A DNA stretch of 20,000 nucleotides from an uncultured virus (IMG/VR IMGVR_UViG_3300050821_014397) (Duplodnaviria > Heunggongvirae > Uroviricota > Caudoviricetes): IMG/VR virus record IMGVR_UViG_3300050821_014397; one strand, given 5' to 3'. The number at the start of each line of letters is the position of its first letter. Positions within the stretch are counted from its first letter, which is position 1. A program made the translations under genes and the position numbers. Below the pieces are notes generated by a model. The model did no database searches. It was not told where the DNA came from and saw only the letters and a list, made by a program, of their open reading frames with translations. Shown piece after piece: positions 1 through 8,176 of the stretch.

Positions 1-709
1 GAGCGGTGGCTCCGCTATACATACCGCTCTGCTGGAGCCGGGCGTTGGCGGCCTCGCCAGCGGCCTGGAGTTCCTCCCGGGTGGGTAGCATGCTGATGGC
101 GTCCTTGGCCAGTCGCGGCCCGTACTCGGCGAGGGCCTCCGGCACATTGTGCATCAGCCCGGTCATGGCGGCGCTGGCCAAGCCGCTGGTGACGGCCTGC
201 CCGGGCGTGTCGGCCTTCAGGGCGTCGGCGGCGGCTGCACCCAGAATGGGGTCGCCCGCCGTAGCTGCGGTGGCAAGGCCGTAGCGGGCGACGTCGGGGA
301 GCGTGCGCCCGGCGAACTGCATGGCATGCTGGAAGGGCTGGGTGCGGCCCGCCAGCTGATTCGGATCGGGGCCAACCTCTTCGCTGACTGCCTGGGAAAG
401 CGGCTTGTCGCCCGCCACCCTGCCGCCGTAGAGACCCTCGGCTGGCTTGTAGAGCATGTTGGTCAGGTCGCCCATGCCCGACTGGAAGCCCAGCTGGAGG
501 TCCAGGTTGGGATTGAAGCTGGTGTCCGGCTGGACCGGCTTCGGTTGCGCTGGTTGCACCGGCGCAGGGGGCTGCCACTTGTGCGCGGCCTCCGGGTCGA
601 TAGCGAGCGGCACGTCGGGGTTCCAGTCGCTCGCGGCGTTGGGGTTGACGTGGAGACTGGCGAGTGTCCGGCGGCGCAACCCCTGGGTAAAGGGGTCGTC
701 GGGAAACAT
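1..709 (-). CDS. Hypothetical phage protein, possibly virion/internal protein; runs off the left edge
   Basis: Not in the ORF track. ATG at 709, just after the portal stop, with GGGAG SD at 716-720. Open to the window edge: MFPDDPFTQGLRRRTLASLHVNP...ARLQQSGMYSGATA. Ala/Pro/Gln-rich. Confidence 0.75.
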   Translation of the reverse strand, partial: MFPDDPFTQGLRRRTLASLHVNPNAASDWNPDVPLAIDPEAAHKWQPPAPVQPAQPKPVQPDTSFNPNLDLQLGFQSGMGDLTNMLYKPAEGLYGGRVAGDKPLSQAVSEEVGPDPNQLAGRTQPFQHAMQFAGRTLPDVARYGLATAATAGDPILGAAAADALKADTPGQAVTSGLASAAMTGLMHNVPEALAEYGPRLAKDAISMLPTREELQAAGEAANARLQQSGMYSGATA

Positions 710-710
710 C

Positions 711-3287
711 CTACACTCCCTCGGGCGGCAGCGGCGGCGCTTCGTTGGGCGCGGGAGCCGTCTCCGGCCCCTCGCTCGGCAGGTTGCGCAGGACGGAATC
801 GATCCCGGCCTGATCCGCGTTGCGCTGGTGCTTCTCGCGCTCGACGCGCTGGGTCATGATATGCCGCAGGGTGTCGGCGTGCTCGCTCGCGTGGTGGCGG
901 TGACTGTCGGCGATCTCGCTTGCGTGGTGGCGGGTGTTTTCGGCGGTGACCTTGAGCATGGTCTGCCGCTCCTGGCTCTCGATCTTGGCGGCTTCGAGCT
1001 GGCCCTTCTGGGTGACGGCCTGCTGCTCGACCTGGAGCTTCGCCGTGTCGATCTGGTGCTTCGACTGCTGCGCCTGCTGTTTCAGTTGCAGCTCGGCCTT
1101 CTGCTGCTCGAGGATCGGGTCCTGCTGTTGCTGCTGTTGTTGCTGCTGCTGGTCCTCGGCCTGATTCTGCTGGAGCAGCTTGCTGCTCGCCTCCTGCACG
1201 AGGCCCGATAGCTCGTTCTCCGCATCCGCCGGTAGGCGCGCGCCCAAAGGCGGCAGCTGCGTGCCCAGCTTCTGCTGGATCTGGCTTCTGTACTCGTAGG
1301 CCATGTGCTCGTTGAGGTGCGCCCACATGGCCTGGGTGATGGACGGCCCGAGCGGGTTCTGGCCGAGCGCGGATTTGGTCGAGGGGTCGTTGAGGAAATT
1401 CTGATGCACCTGGATGTGCGCCATGTGGTTCTGCCACTCGAAGGCCTTGACCGGCTTCGAAGTGACCAGCGCCATGTTCTCGGCCACCGGGTCCATCGGC
1501 TCGGCGGCGGTCTTGTCGGGCACGATCTGCGCCGAGTTGTCGATGCCAAGGACCTCGAGGCAGCTGCGGTGCAGGAGCGGCAGGTCGTAGAGCTGCGGGG
1601 CTTGCGAGCTGAGCTGGATCGCGGCCTGATACTGCATGACTCTTTGGGCCATGGTCGAGGCTGCCGGATCAGAGACCGGCGTGACCGTGATCAGCTCGTT
1701 GTAGTCGGCCACCTTGATGTCGCGGCCCAGGCCGCCCGGCGGGTCGTACTCGTACTCGGGCGGGGTGTGGTCGCGGATGATCTCGGCGATCAGGCTCAGC
1801 TCCCGGGCGAGCGCGATATGCATGCGGGCCTGCACCGCCGTGATCACTTCGGTGGCGCGCTCGATGAGCGCGAGGATGGTGCCGACGGGCGCGTTCTGCG
1901 CGCTGGTGGTGATGTCCAGCTCGGCAATCGAGGCGAAGCTCTTGCCCTCTTCCACCAGCATCTGGAGCAGCTGGAACAAAACCGCCGACGGCTCCTTGTA
2001 GGGCAGGAATGCAATCGAGTCGAGGATCTTTCCGGCGGGCACGTCGACGTCCCGAAATTCTCCGGGCTGGATCGGGTCGTTGTCGCCCTTGATGCGCAGC
2101 TGGCGCGACTTGAGGCCGCCCGGCAGGTTGCTCAACGTGCCCGCGTCTACCAGCTGCCGCAGAATGCTGGTCGTGGAGTGGCCGATGCCGCCGATCAAAT
2201 GGATTAAGCCCAAGCCGTAGGCCCCCTTCCAGGGGACGTAGCGGTAATGCACCCAGCTCAGCACCTTGGCGTGGCTCTCGTCGCCTTCGCGCCAGTTGCG
2301 GTAGATCGAGAGCACCGCGCTACTGGCCTCGTCGATGGTGACGACGTAGGGCTTCGAGCTGCCGTCGATGGCGAGGTTGGTGGTGCATTCCCACAGGGTC
2401 AGCAGCTCGTTGCGCGAGTAGCTCGGGCCGATGCCGCTCAGCCGCTGGACCTTCTCCTCGATGCGGTCGGTGGTGAGGGTTGCGTTGCGGAACAGGGTCA
2501 CGTCGCGGTAGAAGCCGATCTGCTGCAGCTCGATGATGTCGCCGTAGGCCTTCTTCATGACGTGCGTGTAGCGCGGGCACGTCTCGAGGTTGGGGAAGCC
2601 GTAGGGCATCAGGAAATCGTTGGCGGGCACGTACTGCGCGACAGGCCGCTTCAAGAGCGGATCGTAGTAGACCTTCTTGAAGGCCGAGCCGTCCACCGGG
2701 ATGGCGAACAGGAGCTGCTCGGTCTCGTCGCGATACTCCAGCATCTTTTCGGTGAGCCAGAAGTTGATGTCGTCGCTGACCCTTTTGGCTTGCGCGATTT
2801 TGGCCTGATTGGATTCGCCGACCACCTTGGCGGTGGCGGGGCCGGTGGGCGGAAACAGGCGCGTGATGCATTTGCTCTGAAACCGGACGCTGGCTTCCAT
2901 GATCATCGGATGCACGACGCCGCAGGCCCCGGGCCAGGGCGTGGTGCGCAGCTCGTCCTTGATGCCGAGCAGGTCCATGCCCTTGGTGAGCGCGTCTTCC
3001 CAGTCGCGGCGGCCCTGCTTGTCCTCGTCGATGGCGTAGCGGATGTCGCTTGAGATCTGCGCGAGCAGGTTATCGGGGATCACCTCGGCGAGGTTCGTAT
3101 CGAAAGGCGCACTGGCGACGGATTCTTCCACCGACGGCGGTTCGCCTGCACCTTCGAGGTAGACGTCCACACTGCCATCGGAATTTTCGATAGAGAAGGC
3201 GTTGGGATCAACCGGCACTGAGGCCTGGGCAAGGCCGGTCGATCCCAGGCCATTGGAAAGTGGCGAAACCAATGGCCGGTCAATCAT
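711..3287 (-). CDS. Phage portal protein (P22-like class) with Gln-rich coiled-coil C-terminal extension
   Basis: 858 aa. Motifs typical of this portal family: PWPGACGVVHPMIMEA, GSAFKKVYYD, YGLGLIHLIGG, LRQLVDAGTLSNLPGGLK, PGEFRDVD, LPYKEPS, NAPVGT. Confidence 0.92.
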   Translation of the reverse strand: MIDRPLVSPLSNGLGSTGLAQASVPVDPNAFSIENSDGSVDVYLEGAGEPPSVEESVASAPFDTNLAEVIPDNLLAQISSDIRYAIDEDKQGRRDWEDALTKGMDLLGIKDELRTTPWPGACGVVHPMIMEASVRFQSKCITRLFPPTGPATAKVVGESNQAKIAQAKRVSDDINFWLTEKMLEYRDETEQLLFAIPVDGSAFKKVYYDPLLKRPVAQYVPANDFLMPYGFPNLETCPRYTHVMKKAYGDIIELQQIGFYRDVTLFRNATLTTDRIEEKVQRLSGIGPSYSRNELLTLWECTTNLAIDGSSKPYVVTIDEASSAVLSIYRNWREGDESHAKVLSWVHYRYVPWKGAYGLGLIHLIGGIGHSTTSILRQLVDAGTLSNLPGGLKSRQLRIKGDNDPIQPGEFRDVDVPAGKILDSIAFLPYKEPSAVLFQLLQMLVEEGKSFASIAELDITTSAQNAPVGTILALIERATEVITAVQARMHIALARELSLIAEIIRDHTPPEYEYDPPGGLGRDIKVADYNELITVTPVSDPAASTMAQRVMQYQAAIQLSSQAPQLYDLPLLHRSCLEVLGIDNSAQIVPDKTAAEPMDPVAENMALVTSKPVKAFEWQNHMAHIQVHQNFLNDPSTKSALGQNPLGPSITQAMWAHLNEHMAYEYRSQIQQKLGTQLPPLGARLPADAENELSGLVQEASSKLLQQNQAEDQQQQQQQQQQDPILEQQKAELQLKQQAQQSKHQIDTAKLQVEQQAVTQKGQLEAAKIESQERQTMLKVTAENTRHHASEIADSHRHHASEHADTLRHIMTQRVEREKHQRNADQAGIDSVLRNLPSEGPETAPAPNEAPPLPPEGV

Positions 3288-3305
3288 GGGTCAATCATAC
3301 CCCTC

Positions 3306-3343
3306 AAAAAAAGGCGGCGGAAGCACAATAGGCTCCGCCGCCT
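3306..3343 (-). terminator. Intrinsic terminator immediately upstream of the portal SD
   Basis: Stem AGGCGGCGGA (3312-3321)/TCCGCCGCCT (3334-3343). A7 at 3306-3312 gives a U-tract on the - strand. Confidence 0.8.
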
Positions 3344-3364
3344 GCTAAAACAGTGTCATCGCAC

Positions 3365-3396
3365 TTACAGGTTCGATTCTACACCAAACCTGCAAT
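3365..3396. promoter_or_regulatory. Operator-like inverted pair TTACAGGTT-N13-AACCTGCAA flanking a leftward -10 (TAGAAT, 3376-3381)
   Basis: Directly visible. The same AACCTGCA motif recurs in other intergenic gaps. Confidence 0.6.
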
Positions 3397-3414
3397 CGGA
3401 CTGCGTAAATTGGC

Positions 3415-3443
3415 TTGCATTGCCAACAGGCCAGATCTAGACT
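3415..3443 (+). promoter_or_regulatory. Sigma70-type promoter for the rightward small-gene operon
   Basis: TTGCAT (3415-3420), 17-nt spacer, TAGACT (3438-3443); 15 nt before ATG 3459. Confidence 0.6.
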
Positions 3444-3458
3444 TCCGATAGTCGGCAT

Positions 3459-3863
3459 ATGGGACTAACCAGCCAGAAAGTTCAAGCCCACGTGATTACG
3501 GAAGACGTCAAGTACGCGCCTTCCAAGAAATGTGTCGTCTGCGGCCTGCCGACTCGCATGGCCGCGCTGAAGTGTCTCCACTGCATCGAGGCGGCCTATC
3601 TGGCCGAGGAACGGGCCTATACGCGCCAGTGGCTTCTCGAGCATCCGGCGCTAGAGGTGGAGGTGGGGCACGACAAGCACGGGCTGCTGCATCTGTCGTT
3701 CCTGCGGGAGCGCCTGCGCAATGTGGGCTGGTGCGGAGAGCGGGTGACCCAGAAGCGGGACAAGCGCAAGCTGGTGGCGCGCCATGCGTTTCCGGCGACG
3801 GTGCCGGAGAAGATCTGCGTGCCGTGTCTGGCGGCCTGGGATGAGATGGGGCTGGGGTCATGA
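3459..3863 (+). CDS. Cys-rich putative zinc-binding phage protein
   Basis: 134 aa; CVVC, CLHC, WCG and CVPC motifs; ATGA overlap with next gene. Confidence 0.75.
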   Translation: MGLTSQKVQAHVITEDVKYAPSKKCVVCGLPTRMAALKCLHCIEAAYLAEERAYTRQWLLEHPALEVEVGHDKHGLLHLSFLRERLRNVGWCGERVTQKRDKRKLVARHAFPATVPEKICVPCLAAWDEMGLGS

Positions 3864-4033
3864 AGAAGACCAGCGTCGACGAGCTAGCGAGTTACCTCAC
3901 CAAGCTGATCCTGGGAGGCGCGACCGAGGTGGGCCTCGAATTCATGGCTGGCTTCACGGTCCTTCGTTGGAAGTTTCCCGACCAGCCGGGCGGCGTCCTG
4001 CCGCTCGAGATGGATATGGAGGAGAGCATATGA
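3860..4033 (+). CDS. Small hypothetical protein (57 aa)
   Basis: MKKTSVDELASYLTKLILGGATEVGLEF...MEESI; ATGA overlaps at both ends; below the ORF-track cutoff. Confidence 0.7.
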   Translation: MKKTSVDELASYLTKLILGGATEVGLEFMAGFTVLRWKFPDQPGGVLPLEMDMEESI

Positions 4034-4203
4034 CGCTTGCCGTATGGTTTTGGATCTTGATGGTCATCTGGCTGGTGTTTGGCTTTTGGAGCGGGTATAC
4101 GCCCGGCCAGCCTTATCCGGTTCGCAGCTGGGGCGGAAACATTCTGCTGTTCGTATTATTCGCGCTGCTGGGGCTGGCGGCGTTCGGCGGCCCCATCAAG
4201 TAA
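4030..4203 (+). CDS. Small two-TM membrane protein (57 aa)
   Basis: MTLAVWFWILMVIWLVFGFW...NILLFVLFALLGLAAFGGPIK; GGAGGAG SD and ATGA coupling favour this start over 3784. Confidence 0.8.
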   Translation: MTLAVWFWILMVIWLVFGFWSGYTPGQPYPVRSWGGNILLFVLFALLGLAAFGGPIK

Positions 4204-4210
4204 GGCGCAC

Positions 4211-4372
4211 GTGATTCTGCTTCCCCCAGAACCGAACTTGGCTCGCGAGCTGGAGCTGGAGTACGGCTGCGAGCGCTGCCACAAAGTACCGGCGACGGAG
4301 ATGTTCGACTCCCAGTTCGTCTGCTCTCCCTGCCGCCGGGAGCTAGAGGAGAAGTTGACCAAAAATGGATGA
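4211..4372 (+). CDS. Small zinc-ribbon protein (53 aa)
   Basis: GTG start after TAAGG; CERC...CSPC pair. Confidence 0.65.
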   Translation: MILLPPEPNLARELELEYGCERCHKVPATEMFDSQFVCSPCRRELEEKLTKNG

Positions 4373-4736
4373 ACAGAGCGAGTTTAATTTCACGCAGCGT
4401 GACGAGATTCCGCTGGCGCGCAAGGGCGACCCGGTCACCTCCCACATCGCCGCCGAGAAACTGGTCGAGAGCGGCAAGTGGCGCGGCCAGAAGGGCGTCG
4501 TATTGACCTGGATGCGGGAGCACAAGATCGACAAGGACCACAGTCTGACGGCGAGCGAGATGGCGCGGGAGAGTAACATCCGCCATCCGGTCTGTCACAA
4601 GCGGCTGCCCGATCTGGAGGCGGCGGGCTGGGTGCGGAAGTGCGTCAAGCGCATTTGCAAAGTCACCGGCGAGCTGTGTTGGACATGGTGTCTGACCACC
4701 GCCGAGGAGCGCGCGGCGCTATCGAGGGTGGCATGA
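4365..4736 (+). CDS. Winged-helix DNA-binding phage protein
   Basis: ARKGDPVTSHIAA N-terminal motif common in phage wHTH proteins; LTASEMA...HKRLPDLEAAGWV helix-turn-helix plus wing. Confidence 0.8.
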   Translation: MDEQSEFNFTQRDEIPLARKGDPVTSHIAAEKLVESGKWRGQKGVVLTWMREHKIDKDHSLTASEMARESNIRHPVCHKRLPDLEAAGWVRKCVKRICKVTGELCWTWCLTTAEERAALSRVA

Positions 4737-4891
4737 AGAATTGGGATCGCAACGAATACGTAAAGCAGTGCAACCTGCTCGGGAGCGCGCTGCGCCAGCT
4801 GGCCGACGTCCACAACCAGTGGGCCGAGGAGTGCCGCGAGCGGTACGGTGAGGGACCTGAGGAAGTGCTTTTGACGGGGTACGAGGAATGA
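4733..4891 (+). CDS. Small hypothetical protein (52 aa)
   Basis: MKNWDRNEYVKQC...; ATGA overlap, GAGGG SD. Confidence 0.65.
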   Translation: MKNWDRNEYVKQCNLLGSALRQLADVHNQWAEECRERYGEGPEEVLLTGYEE

Positions 4892-4892
4892 T

Positions 4893-5045
4893 ATGGGGGC
4901 CGTGAAGCAGTACGAGCTTGAGGAATTCTTCAAGGAAGAGGAGCGGCTGGATCGGGAGTGGGCGGAGGCAAACCCGGATCTGGTCCGGCAGGGCTTCGAC
5001 CGCGAACTGGATGAAGCGTGGGAAGAAGCGCTCGAAAAGGATTGA
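4893..5045 (+). CDS. Small highly acidic protein (50 aa)
   Basis: MGAVKQYELEEFFKEEERLDREWAEANPDLVRQGFDRELDEAWEEALEKD; 18 D/E vs 7 K/R; GAGGA SD; fills the gap between coupled genes. Confidence 0.7.
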   Translation: MGAVKQYELEEFFKEEERLDREWAEANPDLVRQGFDRELDEAWEEALEKD

Positions 5046-5049
5046 CTGA

Positions 5050-5706
5050 ATGACACCAACGCCAACAACTATGCGGCCCGAGCTGACTCCGCTGCCGCCG
5101 CGCATGCTGCACCTGAAGGTGGACGCGAGAGGCTACGTCGTGCCCTGGTTCGTCGCCTGGGTGGACGGGGTGCCGGAGTTCCGCGCGATGGACGGGCGCA
5201 AATGGGTGGAGGCCGTGCGCTACAAGCTCTGCTGGGTGTGCGGCACGCGCCTGGGCGCGCACTTCGCCTTCGTGGTCGGGCCGATGTGTCTGGTCAGCCT
5301 GACGGCGAGCGAGCCGCCGAGCCACCTGCAGTGCGCCACCTGGAGCGCGATCAACTGCCCGTTCCTGAGCCGCCCGCGCATGGTGCGCCGCGAGAACGAC
5401 CTGCCCCAGGGCATGGTTGATCCGGCGGGCCTGCCGATCCTGCGCAACCCCGGGGTCACGGCGGTCTATGTGACCAAGGGCTTCCGCACGTTCAAGGACG
5501 ACGCGGGCAAGCCGCTCATCAAAATGCCGGAGGAGCACACCGAGATCCACTGGTACGCCGAGGGCCGCAGGGCCACGCGCGATGAGATTCAGGAGTCCAT
5601 CGACACCGGCCTGCCGATCCTGATGGAGATGGCGGAGAGGGAGGGGCTGGAAGCGGTGAAGGAGCTGAATGGGATGGTGCGGAGGCTGGACCGATGGCTG
5701 GAATGA
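5050..5706 (+). CDS. Conserved-looking Cys/His hypothetical protein, putative zinc-binding
   Basis: 218 aa; GYVVPWFVAW, LCWVCG, GPMC, EPPSHLQCA and CPFL motifs; good codon bias. Confidence 0.8.
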   Translation: MTPTPTTMRPELTPLPPRMLHLKVDARGYVVPWFVAWVDGVPEFRAMDGRKWVEAVRYKLCWVCGTRLGAHFAFVVGPMCLVSLTASEPPSHLQCATWSAINCPFLSRPRMVRRENDLPQGMVDPAGLPILRNPGVTAVYVTKGFRTFKDDAGKPLIKMPEEHTEIHWYAEGRRATRDEIQESIDTGLPILMEMAEREGLEAVKELNGMVRRLDRWLE

Positions 5707-5996
5707 CCTTCCCGCCGATGCGCCCGCAGCTCGAGATCCAGCTCAAGCACGACATGCTGATGTGCCTGATGGGCGACTCGAGGCTGCTCCAGGCCATCGT
5801 TCCCCGGCAGTATCACGCGGCGCTCGCCATGGCGACGGACGCATTGTGCTGGGTGCTCCATCACGACGTGGAGAGCCACCCGCACTCGCATGCCGGGGAT
5901 TTCGCGCAGTGCCTGAAAGATATTCAGGAAGGGCTGGAAAGCATCGGTGGTCCGTTTGAGCCGCCGCCCGATACCGAGTACGTCGTGGAGGAATGA
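5703..5996 (+). CDS. Hypothetical phage protein
   Basis: ATGA-coupled start MTFPPMRPQLEIQLKHDML...ALCWVLHHD. Confidence 0.7.
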   Translation: MTFPPMRPQLEIQLKHDMLMCLMGDSRLLQAIVPRQYHAALAMATDALCWVLHHDVESHPHSHAGDFAQCLKDIQEGLESIGGPFEPPPDTEYVVEE

Positions 5997-6391
5997 TGCC
6001 CCGCTACCCCAAGCAGCCGCTCGAGGACAAGCTCGCCTGGATGCGCGACCGGCAGAACCAGAAGAAGGCCGAGGAGGATCTGCGCGCCAGGGAGGAGACC
6101 CGGCGCGCGCAGGTAGCCAGCGGGGCATCCTCCCCGGCGGAGGCCATACTGCGCGATCTGCTCCAGACCCTGGCGGCGCAGCGCCAGCCGGTGCGACCGG
6201 CACCGGCGGTGACGCGGCAGATGCTGCGCGTCGGTCAGGTGGCGGAGATCCTGTCGGTCTCGGCCCGGACGGTGCAGCGCTGGTTCGCCGACCGGGCCGT
6301 CATCGTCCAAGGGCCTACCAAGACCACCATGCTGATCCCCCAGCAGGCCCTGGACGACTGGTTGCGCGAGCATGCGCCGAAGGTCAGTTGA
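5993..6391 (+). CDS. Excisionase-like HTH protein (recombination directionality factor candidate)
   Basis: C-terminal MLRVGQVAEILSVSARTVQRWF...IPQQALDDWL has the MerR/Xis-type HTH pattern; the 3' end overlaps the integrase 3' end. Confidence 0.75.
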   Translation: MMPRYPKQPLEDKLAWMRDRQNQKKAEEDLRAREETRRAQVASGASSPAEAILRDLLQTLAAQRQPVRPAPAVTRQMLRVGQVAEILSVSARTVQRWFADRAVIVQGPTKTTMLIPQQALDDWLREHAPKVS

Positions 6392-7661
6392 CGCTCGCGG
6401 CTTCCGCCGAGGCGCAGGCTTCGGCGAAGTTCGCGGCCTGCTTGGCGGCGGCCTGCCGGTTCTCGACGGCTTCCTGCATGCCGAGCACGTAGGGCGCGTA
6501 ATACTTCTGGGTGGTGGCGATGGTGCGGTGGCCGAGCATGCGCCGCACGTCCTCGAGCGAGAGGCCCAGGTTGAGCATGTTGACCGCGAAGGAGTCGCGG
6601 AAGCGGTGCGGGCGCAGCGAGCCCTCGATCCCGAGCAGCACGCCCAGCTCGCGCAGCGGCGTGTCGAGCGCGATCTTCAGGTAGTTGTTGTGATCCTTGC
6701 GGGAGCCGTCGAAGAACGGATACATGCCCGCGCCGGGCTGGCTCGGATCGCCGCGCCACTTGAGGCAAGGCAGGGCGCGCAGCCGGTCAACCAGCGCCTG
6801 GGGCAGGAAGCAGACCACCTCATCGCTGGTCTTGACCTGCGCGGTGATGTATCTGCCGCCATGCCGCGTGTTCACGATCCAGTCGGGGCGGAAGATGAGG
6901 GCGTCACTGCGGCGCAGCCCGGTCTCGTACATCAGCCACAGCATGGTGAGGAAGGTGTCGGGGTGGCGGAGGAGCGGGTTCCCCCGGCGGATCTTCTGGC
7001 GGGGCAGCTGGCCGCGCACGAAGGCCGGAACGGCTTCCTGAATGCGCAGCCAGTTGGCGTTGCCCTTGCGGTCGAGCGGCAGGGTGGCAATGCCTTTGTC
7101 CTGCTTCTTGCCCGCCATGATGTCTTCCTTGGTCAATTTCTTTTCGGTGATCGCCTCGACCGGCTTCCAGGGGTTCTTGACGAGGTCGTGAAAATTCACG
7201 CAGTAGTTGAAGAGGCACGAGGTGTACTTGCGCCAGTTATGGATCGTGTTCAGGCTCTTCTTCCGCCAGCCCTCCTGCAGCTCGTTGAGGTGCTGGCTGG
7301 TGACGTCCTTGACGAAGACCACGCCCTTGGCGGTGAGCGGTTCGATCAGCACGTGCTTGACCGAGGAGTAGGCCTGCCATGTGGGCGAGTCCTCGACATA
7401 CCTCCCTTGCCCCAGCCAGAGGTTGTAGGCGTCGATCAGCTTCAGAGCCTCGGGCTCCTCGGGGGCCTCCTTCCTGGGCGGCCACTCGGTGACCTTCTCG
7501 AGTTCGATTACCCTGGCTTCGGCGGCCTGCCGGGTGAGCTTGTCGACCTTACCATAGCGGTCGTAGACGGCGATGTTGATCGTGTGGCGCTTGATCTTCA
7601 CGCCCATGTTATTCTTTCCCTCGACGTGATACCAGGGGCCTCGGATCTTCAGTTTCAGCAT
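6384..7661 (-). CDS. int: Tyrosine recombinase / phage integrase
   Basis: Catalytic set R (ETGLRRSD), K (VKT), HxxR (HRFRD), LGH, Y (KYYAP). Start ATG 7661 (MLKLKIRGPWY) with AAGGGAG SD preferred over 7706. Confidence 0.93.
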   Translation of the reverse strand: MLKLKIRGPWYHVEGKNNMGVKIKRHTINIAVYDRYGKVDKLTRQAAEARVIELEKVTEWPPRKEAPEEPEALKLIDAYNLWLGQGRYVEDSPTWQAYSSVKHVLIEPLTAKGVVFVKDVTSQHLNELQEGWRKKSLNTIHNWRKYTSCLFNYCVNFHDLVKNPWKPVEAITEKKLTKEDIMAGKKQDKGIATLPLDRKGNANWLRIQEAVPAFVRGQLPRQKIRRGNPLLRHPDTFLTMLWLMYETGLRRSDALIFRPDWIVNTRHGGRYITAQVKTSDEVVCFLPQALVDRLRALPCLKWRGDPSQPGAGMYPFFDGSRKDHNNYLKIALDTPLRELGVLLGIEGSLRPHRFRDSFAVNMLNLGLSLEDVRRMLGHRTIATTQKYYAPYVLGMQEAVENRQAAAKQAANFAEACASAEAASVN

Positions 7662-7926
7662 CAAAATCTCCCTTGCTTGCCGGACGTTTCTCGTCCAACG
7701 AGCCAATCCTACCAGGATCTGATGCTGAAAACAAGCTACTTATTGCTAGCAAGCAAGAACGTCTTGTTCTGGAACCTGCAATTAAGCGCCTATGCCTTAT
7801 TGATTCTACGGCTTAAGGCGTATCTTACATCACACGCAAAAACTACAAGAGTGACTGGTTCTTCAAACTTGCTGGACAAATTTTAGCCAAAAGGGAGAGA
7901 CGTGTCTTATTTGGGTAGGGCTGGGT
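7662..7926. other. AT-rich integrase leader / candidate attP region
   Basis: Non-coding, visibly lower GC than its flanks, several short inverted repeats, next to int. No tRNA-like core identified. Confidence 0.45.
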
Positions 7927-8175
7927 CTAGTCGAAGTCCTTCGACTCCTGGCGCGCGATCCCGGCGTTGGCCCACATCACGCACTCCTCGAGCTTGGTCA
8001 AAGCGAGCGACCGCTCGCGCCGGTCGGGGCACAGCTCGACGATGAGGAGGGCGAGCGCCTTCGCCTGATCGCGGAGCTTCTGATAGCGCGCAGGCTGATC
8101 GCCCTTCGGTGCGTGGAACGTGAAGTCGCCCTCGATCCGCTCCACGAGCATCTTGTCGGTGGCGCTGAGTGGCAT
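7927..8175 (-). CDS. Acb2/Tad1-like helical-hairpin protein (putative cyclic-nucleotide signal sponge, anti-defence)
   Basis: 82 aa; FTFHAPKGDQ...CPDRRERSLALTKLEECVMWANAGIAR resembles the SRExxxALTxxEExxMW hairpin of Tad1/Acb2-domain proteins. Confidence 0.75.
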   Translation of the reverse strand: MPLSATDKMLVERIEGDFTFHAPKGDQPARYQKLRDQAKALALLIVELCPDRRERSLALTKLEECVMWANAGIARQESKDFD

Positions 8176-8176
8176 G

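Noticed and set aside
1122..1151. (CAG/CAA)10 poly-Gln tract in the portal as a contingency locus
   Set aside because: Mixed codons and in-frame triplets within a Gln-rich tail; no phase-variation effect expected.
3370..3385. GGTTCGATTC resembling a tRNA T-loop, followed by ACCA
   Set aside because: No T-stem, acceptor stem or cloverleaf can be formed. It is better explained as the operator half-site plus a reverse -10 box.
7790..7815. TTATTGATT as an IHF site in the att region
   Set aside because: The reverse strand gives AATCAA-TAAG-GCA, lacking the TTR element. Too weak to call.
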